Translations under genes and position numbers: made by a program | Shown: in pieces, positions 1 through 9,972 of the stretch | Numbering within the stretch: position 1 is the first letter of the stretch | How the letters are laid out: each line of letters begins with the position of its first letter | Notes under the pieces: generated by a model | Told to the model about the DNA's origin: nothing | The model's database searches: none | Seen by the model: the letters and a program-made list of their open reading frames with translations, nothing else | NCBI GenBank assembly: GCA_027491295.1 | Contig: JAIXWK010000002.1 | Location: forward strand, 58,032 to 122,031 | Length of the DNA stretch: 64,000 nt | Source: Microbacteriaceae bacterium | GTDB taxonomy: Bacteria > Actinomycetota > Actinomycetes > Actinomycetales > Microbacteriaceae | Reading direction: 5' to 3'

Positions 1-1
1 T

Positions 2-406
2 GGTGACGATCAGTCCGTTTAGCAGACCGAAGATGATGCCGGTTAGAAGTGCTGCCAGAAGGGCCAAGAGGCCAAAGTCAGATTCGCTTCGGGAGTTGGC
101 ACTGAGAAGTACGAATGCCAATCCAGCGGATCCCATGATTCCCTCGATCGAAAGATCGATTGAACCAAGCAAAATCACAAGTGTTGCTCCAACGCCAATG
201 ATTAGAGGCAACGCTGCCTGGTCCATTAGGTTGCGAAGATTCTCGACGCTTGCGAAACGAGGGTTGAGAATCGAAAAGATAATGATGAGGGCGAACAGGG
301 TGGCGATCAGAGCACTTGGCTCCGCCAGTCTGCGCCAGTTGATGCGATTGGAAATCGCTGCGGTGTTAGCGCTTGGGGTGATGGTCCCCGAGTTGTTGTT
401 TGCCAT
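2..406 (-). CDS. Sugar ABC transporter permease, RbsC/BPD_transp_2 type (5' part only; runs off the left edge)
   Basis: Not in the ORF track. Manual translation from ATG at 406 gives MANNNSGTITPSANTAAISNRINWRRLAEPSALIATLFALIIIFSILNPRFASVENLRNLMDQAALPLIIGVGATLVILLGSIDLSIEG. The F-S..NL.N..Q and GxTLVILxGxIDLS motifs are typical of CUT2 permeases, and the gene lies directly downstream of a sugar-binding protein. Confidence 0.9.
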   Translation of the reverse strand, partial: MANNNSGTITPSANTAAISNRINWRRLAEPSALIATLFALIIIFSILNPRFASVENLRNLMDQAALPLIIGVGATLVILLGSIDLSIEGIMGSAGLAFVLLSANSRSESDFGLLALLAALLTGIIFGLLNGLIVT

Positions 407-443
407 GCTAAGTCACATTCCTTTGGCAGTTTAGGTGGGTGGC

Positions 444-481
444 GAATGCCCAGCTAGCTATTACTAACTAGCTGGGCATTC
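444..481 (-). terminator. Stem-loop between the binding-protein gene and the permease gene (terminator or mRNA stabiliser)
   Basis: Perfect 14-bp inverted repeat GAATGCCCAGCTAG (444-457) / CTAGCTGGGCATTC (468-481). Confidence 0.6.
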
Positions 482-504
482 ACTACTTTTCTTTTAGCTC
501 TGGA

Positions 505-1668
505 CTAGCGTCCTGGAAGGACCTCTGGGCCTGCACCAATTAGCTTGAATGGTGCGGTGTCCCAAGGACCGTTGATGAGTAGCTGATCAATCCAGCCGTC
601 GATGTCGTTGTCCAAAGATGCGAACTCCTCGAAGTTCTCTGGACCAACACAAGCAATCTCAAACAAGCTGTGACGCTTCTCGTCTGGAAGCTCTGAAGGC
701 TTGATCTCACCAATTGCCGCAAGGTATGCGGTGTATAGACCGATAGCTGATGCTGCCCAGCCACGGTGGAAGGTCTCGCCAACAATTGCATTGTTGCCAC
801 GGCCGGAGCGCATGTCTTCAATGGTTGGTGGGTATAGACCGTCAGATACGAACTTCACCTGGTTTAGAAGGCCTGCGTCCTCAAATGCCTTCATGGCACC
901 GATCTGCATACCGTCGTCAGCAGTCCAGACACCCTTGATGTCGGCACCGTACTTGGTGATTAGGTCCTGAGAGTTCTTGTAAGCAAGCTCTGGGTCCCAG
1001 TCAGAAGGACGAACGTCAACCAACTCGACGTCTGGCCATCTGGTTGAAAGTGCGTACTCAAGACCAGCGACACGAGTCTGGCTGGTGGTCGAGTCCTGTA
1101 CTCCAGGAAGAGCAATGATCTTGCCCTTGCCGCCGATGGACTCGGCTAGGCGGTCTGCAGTACATTCACCGGAAGAAACACCAGGGTGCTTCTGGAATGC
1201 AACGAAGTTGTCGCCAACATCCTTTGGCTCGTAGTCATCTGGCTTGTTCCACCAGATGGTAACGAAACCGCCAGCTGCCTTAGTGGCCTCCACGATGATT
1301 GGAGCATCCGCACTGGAAACCGTGTTTACGAACATAACTACGGTCTTGCCCTTTGCAAGGATTGCCTGGATCTTGGAGTTCTGTACCTGAGATGAACCTT
1401 CAGAGTCCACGATCTCGATTGGGACTCCGAGCTTCTTTGCTAGCGCCTGAGCACCAGCAATGTTTGCTGCAAAGTATGGGTTGGTGGTGTTGATAACTGA
1501 AGCTACAAAAACGATGTCGTCTTTGCTTACTACCTTTTGCTCAGTGGTTTCGGTTCCGGTTGAGGTGCTTTCGGTCGCTGCGGTGGTGCAGCCTGCCATG
1601 GTTAGGCCGGCAACCATCGCGATACCAAAGAGCTTAACTAGCCGGTTTGCCTTCGACTTGAGAGACAT
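505..1668 (-). CDS. Sugar ABC transporter substrate-binding lipoprotein (Peripla_BP_4/RbsB-like)
   Basis: Lipobox TMAGC, followed by NPYF, the D..Q..I motif and DDGMQIGA, typical of class I periplasmic sugar-binding proteins. Confidence 0.9.
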   Translation of the reverse strand: MSLKSKANRLVKLFGIAMVAGLTMAGCTTAATESTSTGTETTEQKVVSKDDIVFVASVINTTNPYFAANIAGAQALAKKLGVPIEIVDSEGSSQVQNSKIQAILAKGKTVVMFVNTVSSADAPIIVEATKAAGGFVTIWWNKPDDYEPKDVGDNFVAFQKHPGVSSGECTADRLAESIGGKGKIIALPGVQDSTTSQTRVAGLEYALSTRWPDVELVDVRPSDWDPELAYKNSQDLITKYGADIKGVWTADDGMQIGAMKAFEDAGLLNQVKFVSDGLYPPTIEDMRSGRGNNAIVGETFHRGWAASAIGLYTAYLAAIGEIKPSELPDEKRHSLFEIACVGPENFEEFASLDNDIDGWIDQLLINGPWDTAPFKLIGAGPEVLPGR

Positions 1669-1751
1669 CTTTGACTCCTTTTTGGGTTATCTCAGTCGCT
1701 TGTTTCCAAGCTCCTGAATTTCTATTCGCATGTCGGATTGACATTCACAAG

Positions 1752-1780
1752 AGACTATTTATAAAAATTTGGATAGTCAA
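1752..1780 (-). promoter_or_regulatory. Candidate sigma-A promoter of the sugar ABC operon
   Basis: Minus strand reads TTGACT (1780-1775), 17-nt spacer, TAGTCT (1757-1752) in AT-rich intergenic DNA. Confidence 0.5.
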
Positions 1781-1870
1781 GCAGATAATGCAAAATTATT
1801 CATTTGTTATTAACATGTGATAAAACAAACCCGTCGACCAAATGGCCAACGGGTCCGTTTCATCAGGTTT

Positions 1871-3106
1871 CTAGCGGAAGTTACGGAAGAACGTCTGAAC
1901 GTCGTCCACGTAGATTTCTGGAACTTCTAGTGGCGCGAAGTGTCCTCCGTCGTTGTGAACACGGTACTGCTGCAGGTTGAAATACTTCTCGGTCCAAACG
2001 ATTGGCGGCTTGTAAATCTCACCTGGGTAGATGCTTACCGCGGTTGGAACCGACACCACTGGGAAGTTAGTGTGCGAAGGCTTCCATGGGTTGCCTAGAC
2101 ACTCCCAGTAGTAACGGGAAGAGGATCCACCGGTGTTGGTTAGGAAGTAAACCGCTGCGGTAGTGATTAGGTCTTCTTTAGGCCAGACCCTCTCAAATGC
2201 ATCGGTTCCTGCGCCACGCTCTGCCAAGCCCCAGAAGTATCGCTTCTCGGTGATCCAGGCAAGCTGGGCTGCTGGTGAGTCGGCGACCAAAGCACCCAGG
2301 GTCTGGGGCTTGGTTAGCTGAATCTCGCCGTAACCACTCTCGCGCTCGACAAAGAGTTTGCCGCGCTCGAACCAACCAGCCTCATCGGCGTTGTAGTTGT
2401 GGCCAGCTGGCAGTCCCAGGATTGGATCGAAGTCAATCCCTTCAGGCTGGTCTGGGTGGGTTGGTAGGTAGTGGCTCATCTGAGCTGGGAAGTGGGTGTA
2501 AACACCAATCACATCGTCGGCGTACTTGTGACCGTGCTGCTGCGCAATCAAAGCACCCCAGTCACCACCGGCGGTTGCATACTTCTCGTATCCAAGAACA
2601 TCCTTCATCAGGGTGTTCTCTAGATCGGCAGTGTGCCACCAGTTCCAGCCGGTCTCCTTCAGTGGCGAAGAGAAGCCGTATCCAGGAAGCGAGATCAGAA
2701 CCACATCGAAGGAGTCCTCTGGGTCTCCACCAAACTTTTCAGGGTTGGTGAATGGCTCAATAACCTTGCGAACATCCCAGAAGGTCCATGGCCAACCGTG
2801 GTGTAGCAATAGTGGCATTGGGTTCTTGCCGCTGCCCTTGACGTGAATGAAGTGCAGTGGGACTCCCATGAGGTCAACCTTGAAGTGTGGGAGCTCGTTC
2901 ATTCTGCGCTCAACGTCGCGCCAGTCGTATTGATTGATCCAATAATCAACCAGGGTGCGGTGATAATCGGTGTTGTATCCGTAGTCCCAGTTTTCGTTTC
3001 CGAAGTCATCTGGGAATCTGGTCCTGCGCAAACGCTCCATCATGTCCTGCAGGTCTGCATCAGGAATGTGGATCTTGTAAGGCCGGACGTCGTACTTTGA
3101 GGACAT
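1871..3106 (-). CDS. Epoxide hydrolase (EHN plus alpha/beta-hydrolase, microsomal type)
   Basis: Motifs HGWP, GGDWGA (nucleophilic Asp) and GGHFAPLE (catalytic His), plus the N-terminal EHN pattern RLRRTRFPD. Start placed at ATG 3106, after a GAAAGGG SD. Confidence 0.9.
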   Translation of the reverse strand: MSSKYDVRPYKIHIPDADLQDMMERLRRTRFPDDFGNENWDYGYNTDYHRTLVDYWINQYDWRDVERRMNELPHFKVDLMGVPLHFIHVKGSGKNPMPLLLHHGWPWTFWDVRKVIEPFTNPEKFGGDPEDSFDVVLISLPGYGFSSPLKETGWNWWHTADLENTLMKDVLGYEKYATAGGDWGALIAQQHGHKYADDVIGVYTHFPAQMSHYLPTHPDQPEGIDFDPILGLPAGHNYNADEAGWFERGKLFVERESGYGEIQLTKPQTLGALVADSPAAQLAWITEKRYFWGLAERGAGTDAFERVWPKEDLITTAAVYFLTNTGGSSSRYYWECLGNPWKPSHTNFPVVSVPTAVSIYPGEIYKPPIVWTEKYFNLQQYRVHNDGGHFAPLEVPEIYVDDVQTFFRNFR

Positions 3107-3257
3107 GGCCATCCCTTTCATTTTTGTAAGAATCTTCAAACACGTCGCTGTGTTGTGAATGATGATTCATTGTTTGACTTGCTATTCAGTATTTAGTTTT
3201 TTTGGGGTCTTGTCAATTGACTGCTCCTGCGAGCCTCAACCAAAGTTCAAGGCCCGG

Positions 3258-4223
3258 TTAGCTGGTGCTGATTAACTGCTCTGCGGTTGATAGGTCTGTG
3301 ATGAGAACGTTGATCCACTCTCCCTTGGCTGCCGCCCTAAGCGCGGCGAGCTTGTCATCGCCAGATGCCACCGCAATGCGAATCGGGGTCTTGGCAAGCT
3401 GCTCCAGAGTGATTCCAATTACAAGAGCATCTAGCGAGGAATCAACTGGCTTTCCCTCAGCGTCAATGAAGCGAAGGTTGATTTGGCCAACAGCGCCCTT
3501 TAGAACTGGAATCTCGAGCTGGTCCTGGGTGAAGAAGTTTGCACCGGCGTAGTTTGGTGAAGCGATGTCGCAGGAGCCAACTCCAACCAGCGCCAGATCC
3601 AAATTGTCCATCAGGGCGATTGCTTCTCGCGCATGCGGGTCGTTCTGAATCAGCGATTCAGCGATCAGCGAGTTGGTCACCACGCTCGGGAGTCTGAGGA
3701 ACACCGGTGTTCCACCCAATGCGTTGGCAAACATTTCAGTTGCCAAAGTTGCTTCGTGTTGAACCAGTGGCGAACCGACATCTCCCAGCAGCTCAACGAT
3801 GTTGTCCGGGGCCATCTTCAAAAAGCGATTGAACTCTCGGGCTAGCGAGCGAAGCGAGCGAGACCAGGCAGTAAAGCCGATGTTCTTTCCCTCAAGCGGC
3901 ATCGCCTCAATCAAGGAAGCTGCCGCCCTGCCCAAATCCTGGTTCAGGTTAGCGGTCTCTCCAACTGATGAAACGATGTGTACCTGCAGCAGGCCGAGCT
4001 TGTCTTCAAGCTGCATCTCAAGATCAGGGTGTAGTCCGCGAGGAGCGACGACAGTTGTCTTCACAACACCAAAGTCATCAGCGGCGGCAAGGAGTCGAGA
4101 CACTCTCGCCTGCGAAACCCCAAGTTCCTTCGCAATCTGGGTTTGCCTGAGCTGCTTTGAGTAATACAGCTTGGCAACCCTGGAAATCATGCGGAGTTGC
4201 TCGGCGTCGAGCGAACTAACCAT
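3258..4223 (-). CDS. SorC/LsrR/DeoR-type sugar-binding transcriptional regulator
   Basis: N-terminal HTH (VAKLYY..Q.QIAKELGVSQARVSRLL) and a C-terminal sugar-binding domain ending in INVLITD. Confidence 0.9.
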   Translation of the reverse strand: MVSSLDAEQLRMISRVAKLYYSKQLRQTQIAKELGVSQARVSRLLAAADDFGVVKTTVVAPRGLHPDLEMQLEDKLGLLQVHIVSSVGETANLNQDLGRAAASLIEAMPLEGKNIGFTAWSRSLRSLAREFNRFLKMAPDNIVELLGDVGSPLVQHEATLATEMFANALGGTPVFLRLPSVVTNSLIAESLIQNDPHAREAIALMDNLDLALVGVGSCDIASPNYAGANFFTQDQLEIPVLKGAVGQINLRFIDAEGKPVDSSLDALVIGITLEQLAKTPIRIAVASGDDKLAALRAAAKGEWINVLITDLSTAEQLISTS

Positions 4224-4323
4224 GAATTGACCCCTACTTCTTTGTGGTGGATGAAGACTAAAGCATTTTCTATCACGTTATGAATAGAAATGCTACAAAA
4301 TGCTAACGGAGGTTCCGATCGGC

Positions 4324-4352
4324 TTGACACCAGAAAGAAGAAGAACTAGCTT
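4324..4352 (+). promoter_or_regulatory. Candidate sigma-A promoter of the glpD-like/glpK-like pair
   Basis: TTGACA (4324-4329), 17-nt spacer, TAGCTT (4347-4352). Confidence 0.55.
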
Positions 4353-4505
4353 GATAGGAATGTCCATGCAAGTAGTGGATAATTATTTTCTCAGGGCAGA
4401 GAAGGGGTCTGGGTGGGTAATCGCAGTGGTGCGCGCCTGACTCAGGCTCGAAAGAAAAGTCCGACTCTCTTTCCAAAACAAATAACAGCGAAGGATACTT
4501 TGTAG

Positions 4506-6134
4506 ATGCCAAACGCAAAAAAGACTGCAACGCCAGCCAAAGAGTATGACCTGGTCGTCATCGGAGCCGGCATCAACGGCCTTGGCATCGCTAAAGATGC
4601 CGCTGAGCGCGGTATGTCAGTTGTGCTGGTTGAGCAAGAGGACATTTGCTTTGGAGTATCGGCCTGGTCTGGACGCCTAATTCACGGCGGGCTTCGCTAC
4701 TTGGAACACATGGATCTGCCACTGGTTCGCGAATCACTCAAGGAGCGCGAGCGACTATTCAAGCTGGCTCCTCACCTGGTAAAGCCAGTCGATTTGATCA
4801 TGCCCTTCTACAAGAAAAATCGCAGGCCGGCTTGGATGATTTGGGCTGGCATGATGGCCTACGACTTCCTCTCTATAGATAAGACCGTTCCGTGGCACCG
4901 AATCCTGGGCAAAGCCAAAGTGAAGGATCGCTTCAAAGGTATGTCTGACTCAGGACTCGGCGGAGCAGCTGTGTTTATTGACGGCCAGGTTGAGTATGCC
5001 GAGCGCCTCTGCGTCGAACTCGCACTCGGTGCCAGTGAGCTAGGCGGCGAGATAAGAATCCACGAGAAGGTTGTGGGATTTGAATTCAGCAACGGCCGGG
5101 TGGTTGGAGTCCAGACCCTCAACTCCGAAGGTAAGACTTCGTCAATCAAGGCTAAAGCTGTAATCAATGCCGCTGGGCCATGGGTTGACCGCGTCAACGA
5201 CAACCTCAAGCAGGGAAACACCAAGCGGCTGATCGGAGGCACAAAGGGAAGCCACATTATTGTTGACCCTTTCCCAGGTGCACCAAATGACGTGATCTAC
5301 TACGAATCCCAGGCTGACGGCAGACTGGTTTTGGTTATTCCTTGGATGGGTCGTTACTTGATCGGCACCACCGACACCAAATTTGACCTTGAACCGGATG
5401 CCGCCCGCGCAGACCAAACCGAAATCGAGTATCTACTGCGCGAAGTGAATGCACTGATTCCAGAGTCTGGTCTAACCCAAAAAGACATCCTCTACACCTA
5501 CAGCGGAGTTCGTCCGCTACCATACGCTCCTGGAGTTTCGGAGTGGAAGATCCCTAGAAGCCACATCGTTCTGGACCACACCAGCGACTCGCTACCTGGT
5601 CTTTACTCGGTGGTCGGCGGGAAGCTAACCACCTTCCGTCAACTCGCGGAGGATGCGGTGACCCTGGTTTTGAAGAAAGAATTTGGTGAGCGTCGTGCCT
5701 GCGTGAACAAGCAGAAGATGTTCCCTGGAGCTCAAGACACAGACTGGTCTGCATTGAAAGCAGAGCTGGTCGCTGGAGGGGCCATAAAGCCAGATACCGC
5801 CGAGCGCTTGGTCGCGCTCTATGGATGCAGGGCTCGACTGGTTGCAAGTTACGTGAAAAAAGATTCAAAATTGGCGGAGCGTTTTGACCCTAGATCACCG
5901 GCAATTGCTGCTGAGCTAGTGGTAGCGACCCAAGACGAATTTGCCCAAACCCTGACCGACATCTACGCCAGAAGAATTCTGCTGGCATTCGAACCGGGAC
6001 ACGGGCTCGAGTCGGTCAAAAGAGCGAGCGAGATTGTCGGCAAGCTAAATGGTTGGGACAAAAAGTTAGTTGCGCAGAACATCAAGGAATATCAGGTGTG
6101 GCTAGATCACCTGAAGGTTCCTAAGGTGGCCTAA
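4506..6134 (+). CDS. glpD: FAD-dependent glycerol-3-phosphate/polyol-phosphate dehydrogenase (GlpD/EryB family), copy 1
   Basis: Motifs GAGING, SGRLIHGGLRYLE, KGSHI, IGTTD, YSGVRPL and GGKLTTFR. Confidence 0.85.
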   Translation: MPNAKKTATPAKEYDLVVIGAGINGLGIAKDAAERGMSVVLVEQEDICFGVSAWSGRLIHGGLRYLEHMDLPLVRESLKERERLFKLAPHLVKPVDLIMPFYKKNRRPAWMIWAGMMAYDFLSIDKTVPWHRILGKAKVKDRFKGMSDSGLGGAAVFIDGQVEYAERLCVELALGASELGGEIRIHEKVVGFEFSNGRVVGVQTLNSEGKTSSIKAKAVINAAGPWVDRVNDNLKQGNTKRLIGGTKGSHIIVDPFPGAPNDVIYYESQADGRLVLVIPWMGRYLIGTTDTKFDLEPDAARADQTEIEYLLREVNALIPESGLTQKDILYTYSGVRPLPYAPGVSEWKIPRSHIVLDHTSDSLPGLYSVVGGKLTTFRQLAEDAVTLVLKKEFGERRACVNKQKMFPGAQDTDWSALKAELVAGGAIKPDTAERLVALYGCRARLVASYVKKDSKLAERFDPRSPAIAAELVVATQDEFAQTLTDIYARRILLAFEPGHGLESVKRASEIVGKLNGWDKKLVAQNIKEYQVWLDHLKVPKVA

Positions 6135-6161
6135 AGATATAGCAAAGACACTGGAGAGAAG

Positions 6162-7667
6162 ATGCAGAAATACGTTCTGGCCCTAGACGAGGGATCAAGC
6201 AGCGCCCGTGCTGTGCTTTTCGATGAGTCAGGACTGGCAGTCAGCGACCACGCCGTGCCAATTCATGCAATCTTCCCAAAGCCAGGCTGGGTAGAGCTAG
6301 ATCCGGAAGCCGTTTGGCAGGCAATGCTGGAGGCTATCCACCAGGCCATGCGAAAGATTGGCGCTACAGCCGAGAACATTCTGGTGGTTGGCATAACCAC
6401 TCACCGCGAAACGGCAATCATCTGGGACCGTAAGACCGGAAAACCGCTTTACAACGCCGTCATGTGGAGCTCTAAGCAAACGGATGAAATTGTTGAGGGC
6501 TGGAGACAGAGCGGACTAGATGGTCTGATTCGCGAACGCACCGGAGTGAGAAACGACTCCTACTTCTCCGCTGGAAAAATTGCTTGGCTTTGCCAAAATG
6601 TCGACGGATTACTGCAGCGTGCTGATAAATCGGAGCTGGCCTTCGGAACCATGGACAGCTGGTTGTTATTCAAGCTCACCGGGGGCCAAAGACACGCTAC
6701 CGACTTCAGTGCTGCCTCTAGGACCGCGCTGCTCAACATCAACACCGGTAGCTGGGACCTTGAGCTGGCACAGACCCTGGGGATTCCAACTGCCCTACTT
6801 CCAACAGTTTTAGAGTCGGATGACTATTTCGGTGATGTAGCTCCTGGCATTCTTCCTGGACCAATGCGTGGATCAGTTCCAATTCGCGGCATTCTTGGCG
6901 ATCAGCAGGCTGGACTATTTGGACAAGCGTGTTTGAAACCAGGGGATGCAAAGAACACCTACGGGACCGCAGGAGTATTGACTGTCAACGTTGGCAACAA
7001 GCCGCAACTAATGCCAGGAATGACCTCAAGTATTGCCTGGGGATTAGAGGACAAGCTCACCTATGAAGCCGAGGGCGTGGTTTTCTTCAGTGGAAAAACA
7101 ATGCAGTGGCTCAGGGATAACTTAGGGCTGATGGCGTCTTCGCTCGAAGCGGAAGCGCTCGCCAGGTCTGTCAGCGATAACGGCGGGGTGTATTTGGTGC
7201 CAGCGTTCAACGGGCTTTGCGATCCATATTGGGATAGAGACGTGCGAGGCTCAATCATGGGATTGCAGCTGGACACCACCAAGGCGCACCTGGTTCGAGC
7301 CGGGCTTGAATCGATGGCCTATCAGACCGCAGACAACGTTGACGCGTTGATTAGCGGCGGCGTGGATGTGCCGGCTCTAAAGATTGATGGTGGAGCGGTA
7401 AAGAACGATTGGCTCTGCCAGTTCCAAGCAGATGTGCTTGGAATCCCAGTTCTCAGGCCAACCGAACCCGAGAGAACCGCATTGGGAGTTGCTCACATCG
7501 CAGGGGCCGCGGTTGGTGCCTGGAGCTTAGAGTCAATTTCCGACCGATGGGAACTGGATAGAGAATTCGTACCCGCAATCTCCGCCGATCAGCGTGCTGA
7601 ACTTATGGCCGGATGGAATGAAGCGGTTGCCGCAACCAGGTCTCTGCCACCGAGGCGCAAGGGTTAG
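6162..7667 (+). CDS. glpK: FGGY carbohydrate kinase, glycerol-kinase-like
   Basis: Motifs ALDEGSSS, ITTHRET, GDQQAGLFG, KNTYGT, PAFNGL and DGGAVKN. The substrate may not be glycerol (DEG where GlpK has DQG). Confidence 0.75.
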   Translation: MQKYVLALDEGSSSARAVLFDESGLAVSDHAVPIHAIFPKPGWVELDPEAVWQAMLEAIHQAMRKIGATAENILVVGITTHRETAIIWDRKTGKPLYNAVMWSSKQTDEIVEGWRQSGLDGLIRERTGVRNDSYFSAGKIAWLCQNVDGLLQRADKSELAFGTMDSWLLFKLTGGQRHATDFSAASRTALLNINTGSWDLELAQTLGIPTALLPTVLESDDYFGDVAPGILPGPMRGSVPIRGILGDQQAGLFGQACLKPGDAKNTYGTAGVLTVNVGNKPQLMPGMTSSIAWGLEDKLTYEAEGVVFFSGKTMQWLRDNLGLMASSLEAEALARSVSDNGGVYLVPAFNGLCDPYWDRDVRGSIMGLQLDTTKAHLVRAGLESMAYQTADNVDALISGGVDVPALKIDGGAVKNDWLCQFQADVLGIPVLRPTEPERTALGVAHIAGAAVGAWSLESISDRWELDREFVPAISADQRAELMAGWNEAVAATRSLPPRRKG

Positions 7668-7669
7668 TT

Positions 7670-8392
7670 TTAGGAGTATTCCTGGCGGAAAAGCTGGTTA
7701 CCGAAAGCCCTGATTTGATCGCTGAGGAAGACCTTTACCAGGTTCGGGTCAAAGCTGCCGATTTCCAGATCTAAAGCTCCAACGGTTGCTGGATCCCACT
7801 CAAAGTTGAGTGCCTGATTAACTTCGCTCAATACTTCTCTAACCTCGTCAGCTTCTGACAACTGCAAAACTCCGCTGATCAGCCTCGCGCCGCTTGAAGC
7901 TCGCTGGGCGGTTCCGATCAATTTGGTTTTGTTTCGAGCATTCACGCTGTATGTGCCCGGGCAGAACTCCCCCGGAACAGGTCCTAGTCGAGCATCCACG
8001 GCAATTGATCGAAGAGTGCCAACCAAAGCCAGTCCAAACTCTTTGAAGATGAATGAGCTCTGGTAACGCAAACGAGGCTCTGGCAAGACCAAGTCAAAGA
8101 CCAAAGAGTTCTCGTTGTAGACCACGGTTCTGCCACCGGTGGTTCGAAGCACTGGCTGGTATCCCATGTCCTGCGCTATTTCCCAGGCACGATCGAATCC
8201 CGGCATCAGAGCCTCGCGCTTACTGAAAGCAACAGTTCGTGCCGGGGTGTAAACCCTGGTCTGTGGTCCAAACTCGGGATCCTTGGCAACTTCTCGAATC
8301 ATCAAAAGCGAGTAATTCATTTGAACCTGCGCGGACACAGAGTTCTGTTCCGAGGTTTCTACCAAATCAAAAGGGCCGTTAGGACTGAGCAT
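7670..8392 (-). CDS. Lipoate-protein ligase family (BPL_LplA_LipB)
   Basis: Motifs RTTGGRTV, GEFCPG and KLIGTAQR; last gene of the lipoyl-dependent operon. Confidence 0.8.
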   Translation of the reverse strand: MLSPNGPFDLVETSEQNSVSAQVQMNYSLLMIREVAKDPEFGPQTRVYTPARTVAFSKREALMPGFDRAWEIAQDMGYQPVLRTTGGRTVVYNENSLVFDLVLPEPRLRYQSSFIFKEFGLALVGTLRSIAVDARLGPVPGEFCPGTYSVNARNKTKLIGTAQRASSGARLISGVLQLSEADEVREVLSEVNQALNFEWDPATVGALDLEIGSFDPNLVKVFLSDQIRAFGNQLFRQEYS

Positions 8393-8412
8393 TGATCATT
8401 TCTCCTGAAAGA

Positions 8413-9090
8413 TCACTCAGCTGAAATTGGGCTCTGAAGCAGTTCAGCAAAGTGCTGCAAGAACTTAGCTCCAGTCGCACCGTCGATAGCCCGGTGATCG
8501 CAAGTAAGGGTGAATTCCGCAATTGGAAGCCAGGTATCTTGGCCGTCCACTTTCCTCAGCCGCTGCTCGGTAGAGCCCACCGCCAGAATGGCAGCCTGTG
8601 GCACGTTGAGGATTGCGTCAAATCTGCGGATTCCCATCATCCCGAGGTTGGAGATGGTGAAGGTTCCAAGTGTGATGTCAGGTCGGGTCAGTGTTCCGGT
8701 TCTGGCGCGCTCCACAATCTCTGCTCGGCGAGCGGCAATGCCTTGAAGTGAAAGAGAGTCGGCGTCATGAATTACTGGGACCGTCAGGCCCTGGTCGGTT
8801 GCAACCGCAAGTCCGATATTCGCCTGGGCAAAGGGAATCACTCCCTCTTCATCCACGTGCACGTTCAGCTCAGGGACAGCTGCAAGGGTGCGACCGGAAA
8901 CATACACCAACAGGTCGGTTAGGTTTGCACCGGGGCTGACCTGCTTTATCTTGAGAGCTTCAGTCATGTCGACCTCGACGGTCAGGTGAAAAGCTGGCAC
9001 CTGCCAGGCGGCAATCATGTGACGAGCTGCGGTTCTTCGAATTCCTTTGAATGGAATCTTTTCACCGGTCTCTGTCTCTACTGCGGTCAT
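8413..9090 (-). CDS. 2-oxoacid dehydrogenase E2 acyltransferase, catalytic domain only
   Basis: Motifs NIGLAVAT..GL.VPVI, GTFTISNLG and DHRAIDG (catalytic His/Asp). At 225 aa it has no lipoyl or E3-binding domain. Confidence 0.9.
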   Translation of the reverse strand: MTAVETETGEKIPFKGIRRTAARHMIAAWQVPAFHLTVEVDMTEALKIKQVSPGANLTDLLVYVSGRTLAAVPELNVHVDEEGVIPFAQANIGLAVATDQGLTVPVIHDADSLSLQGIAARRAEIVERARTGTLTRPDITLGTFTISNLGMMGIRRFDAILNVPQAAILAVGSTEQRLRKVDGQDTWLPIAEFTLTCDHRAIDGATGAKFLQHFAELLQSPISAE

Positions 9091-9938
9091 GTTAGGGCCG
9101 GAGCCTTTCCTGCGCAGCCGTAGTCCTGCATTTTCTGGATGGTGGCTTCAATCATGCGGCGACGGCCTTCGTCCATTGCCTCTTCTAGCTGGCGGTCACC
9201 CTTGCTGAAGGTGTCTTCTATGCCGGATCGGAATGCGTGCCTAAGGTCAGTGTCGGCATTTAGCTTGTGAACTCCGGCGGAGATAGCCTGCCTGAGCTCG
9301 TCAACAGGAACACCAGAGGCTCCGTGTAGCACCAGCGGAATGTTGGTTGCCTCTCGGATCTGGTTTACCAGGTCGATAGCCAGCGGCTGGGGTTTGAGGT
9401 TGGTGACACCGTGCATCACGCCGGCAGAAATCGCCAATAGGTCAACACCGGTCTTGGCGACAAACTCTTCAGCCTGTTCGACCTTGGTGTAAAAGTCAGG
9501 CCAGTGGATTGAGTCAGCAGCGTCAGGAATCTGTCCAAGCTCGGCTTCAACTGGAATACCGAAGGAGTGGGCGACCTCGACTACCTGCTTTGTCTTTTCA
9601 ATATTCTCCGCAAATGGCAGGTGAGAGCCGTCGAACATAATCGAATCAAAACCAAGCTTGATTGCCTCGAAAACCTCATCGTAGGTTCCGTGATCAAGGT
9701 GGATTGGGGCCACTGCCTCAGACTTATCGCGCTCGCGCAAGGTCATGTAGAAGGCCTCGGCAAGGCCCATGTGTGGCACAACTGCGCGGCCAACCTGCAA
9801 GAAAACCGGGGCGTTTGCCCGCTCCGCTGCTCTGATTAGGGCTTGGGTGGTTTCTGGATTGTGCATGTTGAAACCGCCGATTGCGTATCCCCCGGCTTGA
9901 GCGGCTTGGATCAAGCCGATTATATCAATCTTGGACAT
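9087..9938 (-). CDS. Class II (metal-dependent) ketose-bisphosphate aldolase family
   Basis: Motifs IHLDH, SIMFDGS, VEAELG, MHG and LVLHGASG. Confidence 0.9.
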   Translation of the reverse strand: MSKIDIIGLIQAAQAGGYAIGGFNMHNPETTQALIRAAERANAPVFLQVGRAVVPHMGLAEAFYMTLRERDKSEAVAPIHLDHGTYDEVFEAIKLGFDSIMFDGSHLPFAENIEKTKQVVEVAHSFGIPVEAELGQIPDAADSIHWPDFYTKVEQAEEFVAKTGVDLLAISAGVMHGVTNLKPQPLAIDLVNQIREATNIPLVLHGASGVPVDELRQAISAGVHKLNADTDLRHAFRSGIEDTFSKGDRQLEEAMDEGRRRMIEATIQKMQDYGCAGKAPALT

Positions 9939-9972
9939 GTTGCTTTTCCTATACTCGTTTTCTTATTGCCGA

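Noticed and set aside
3-434. 143-aa plus-strand ORF
   Set aside because: It is the antisense shadow of the minus-strand ABC permease, which carries clear family motifs.
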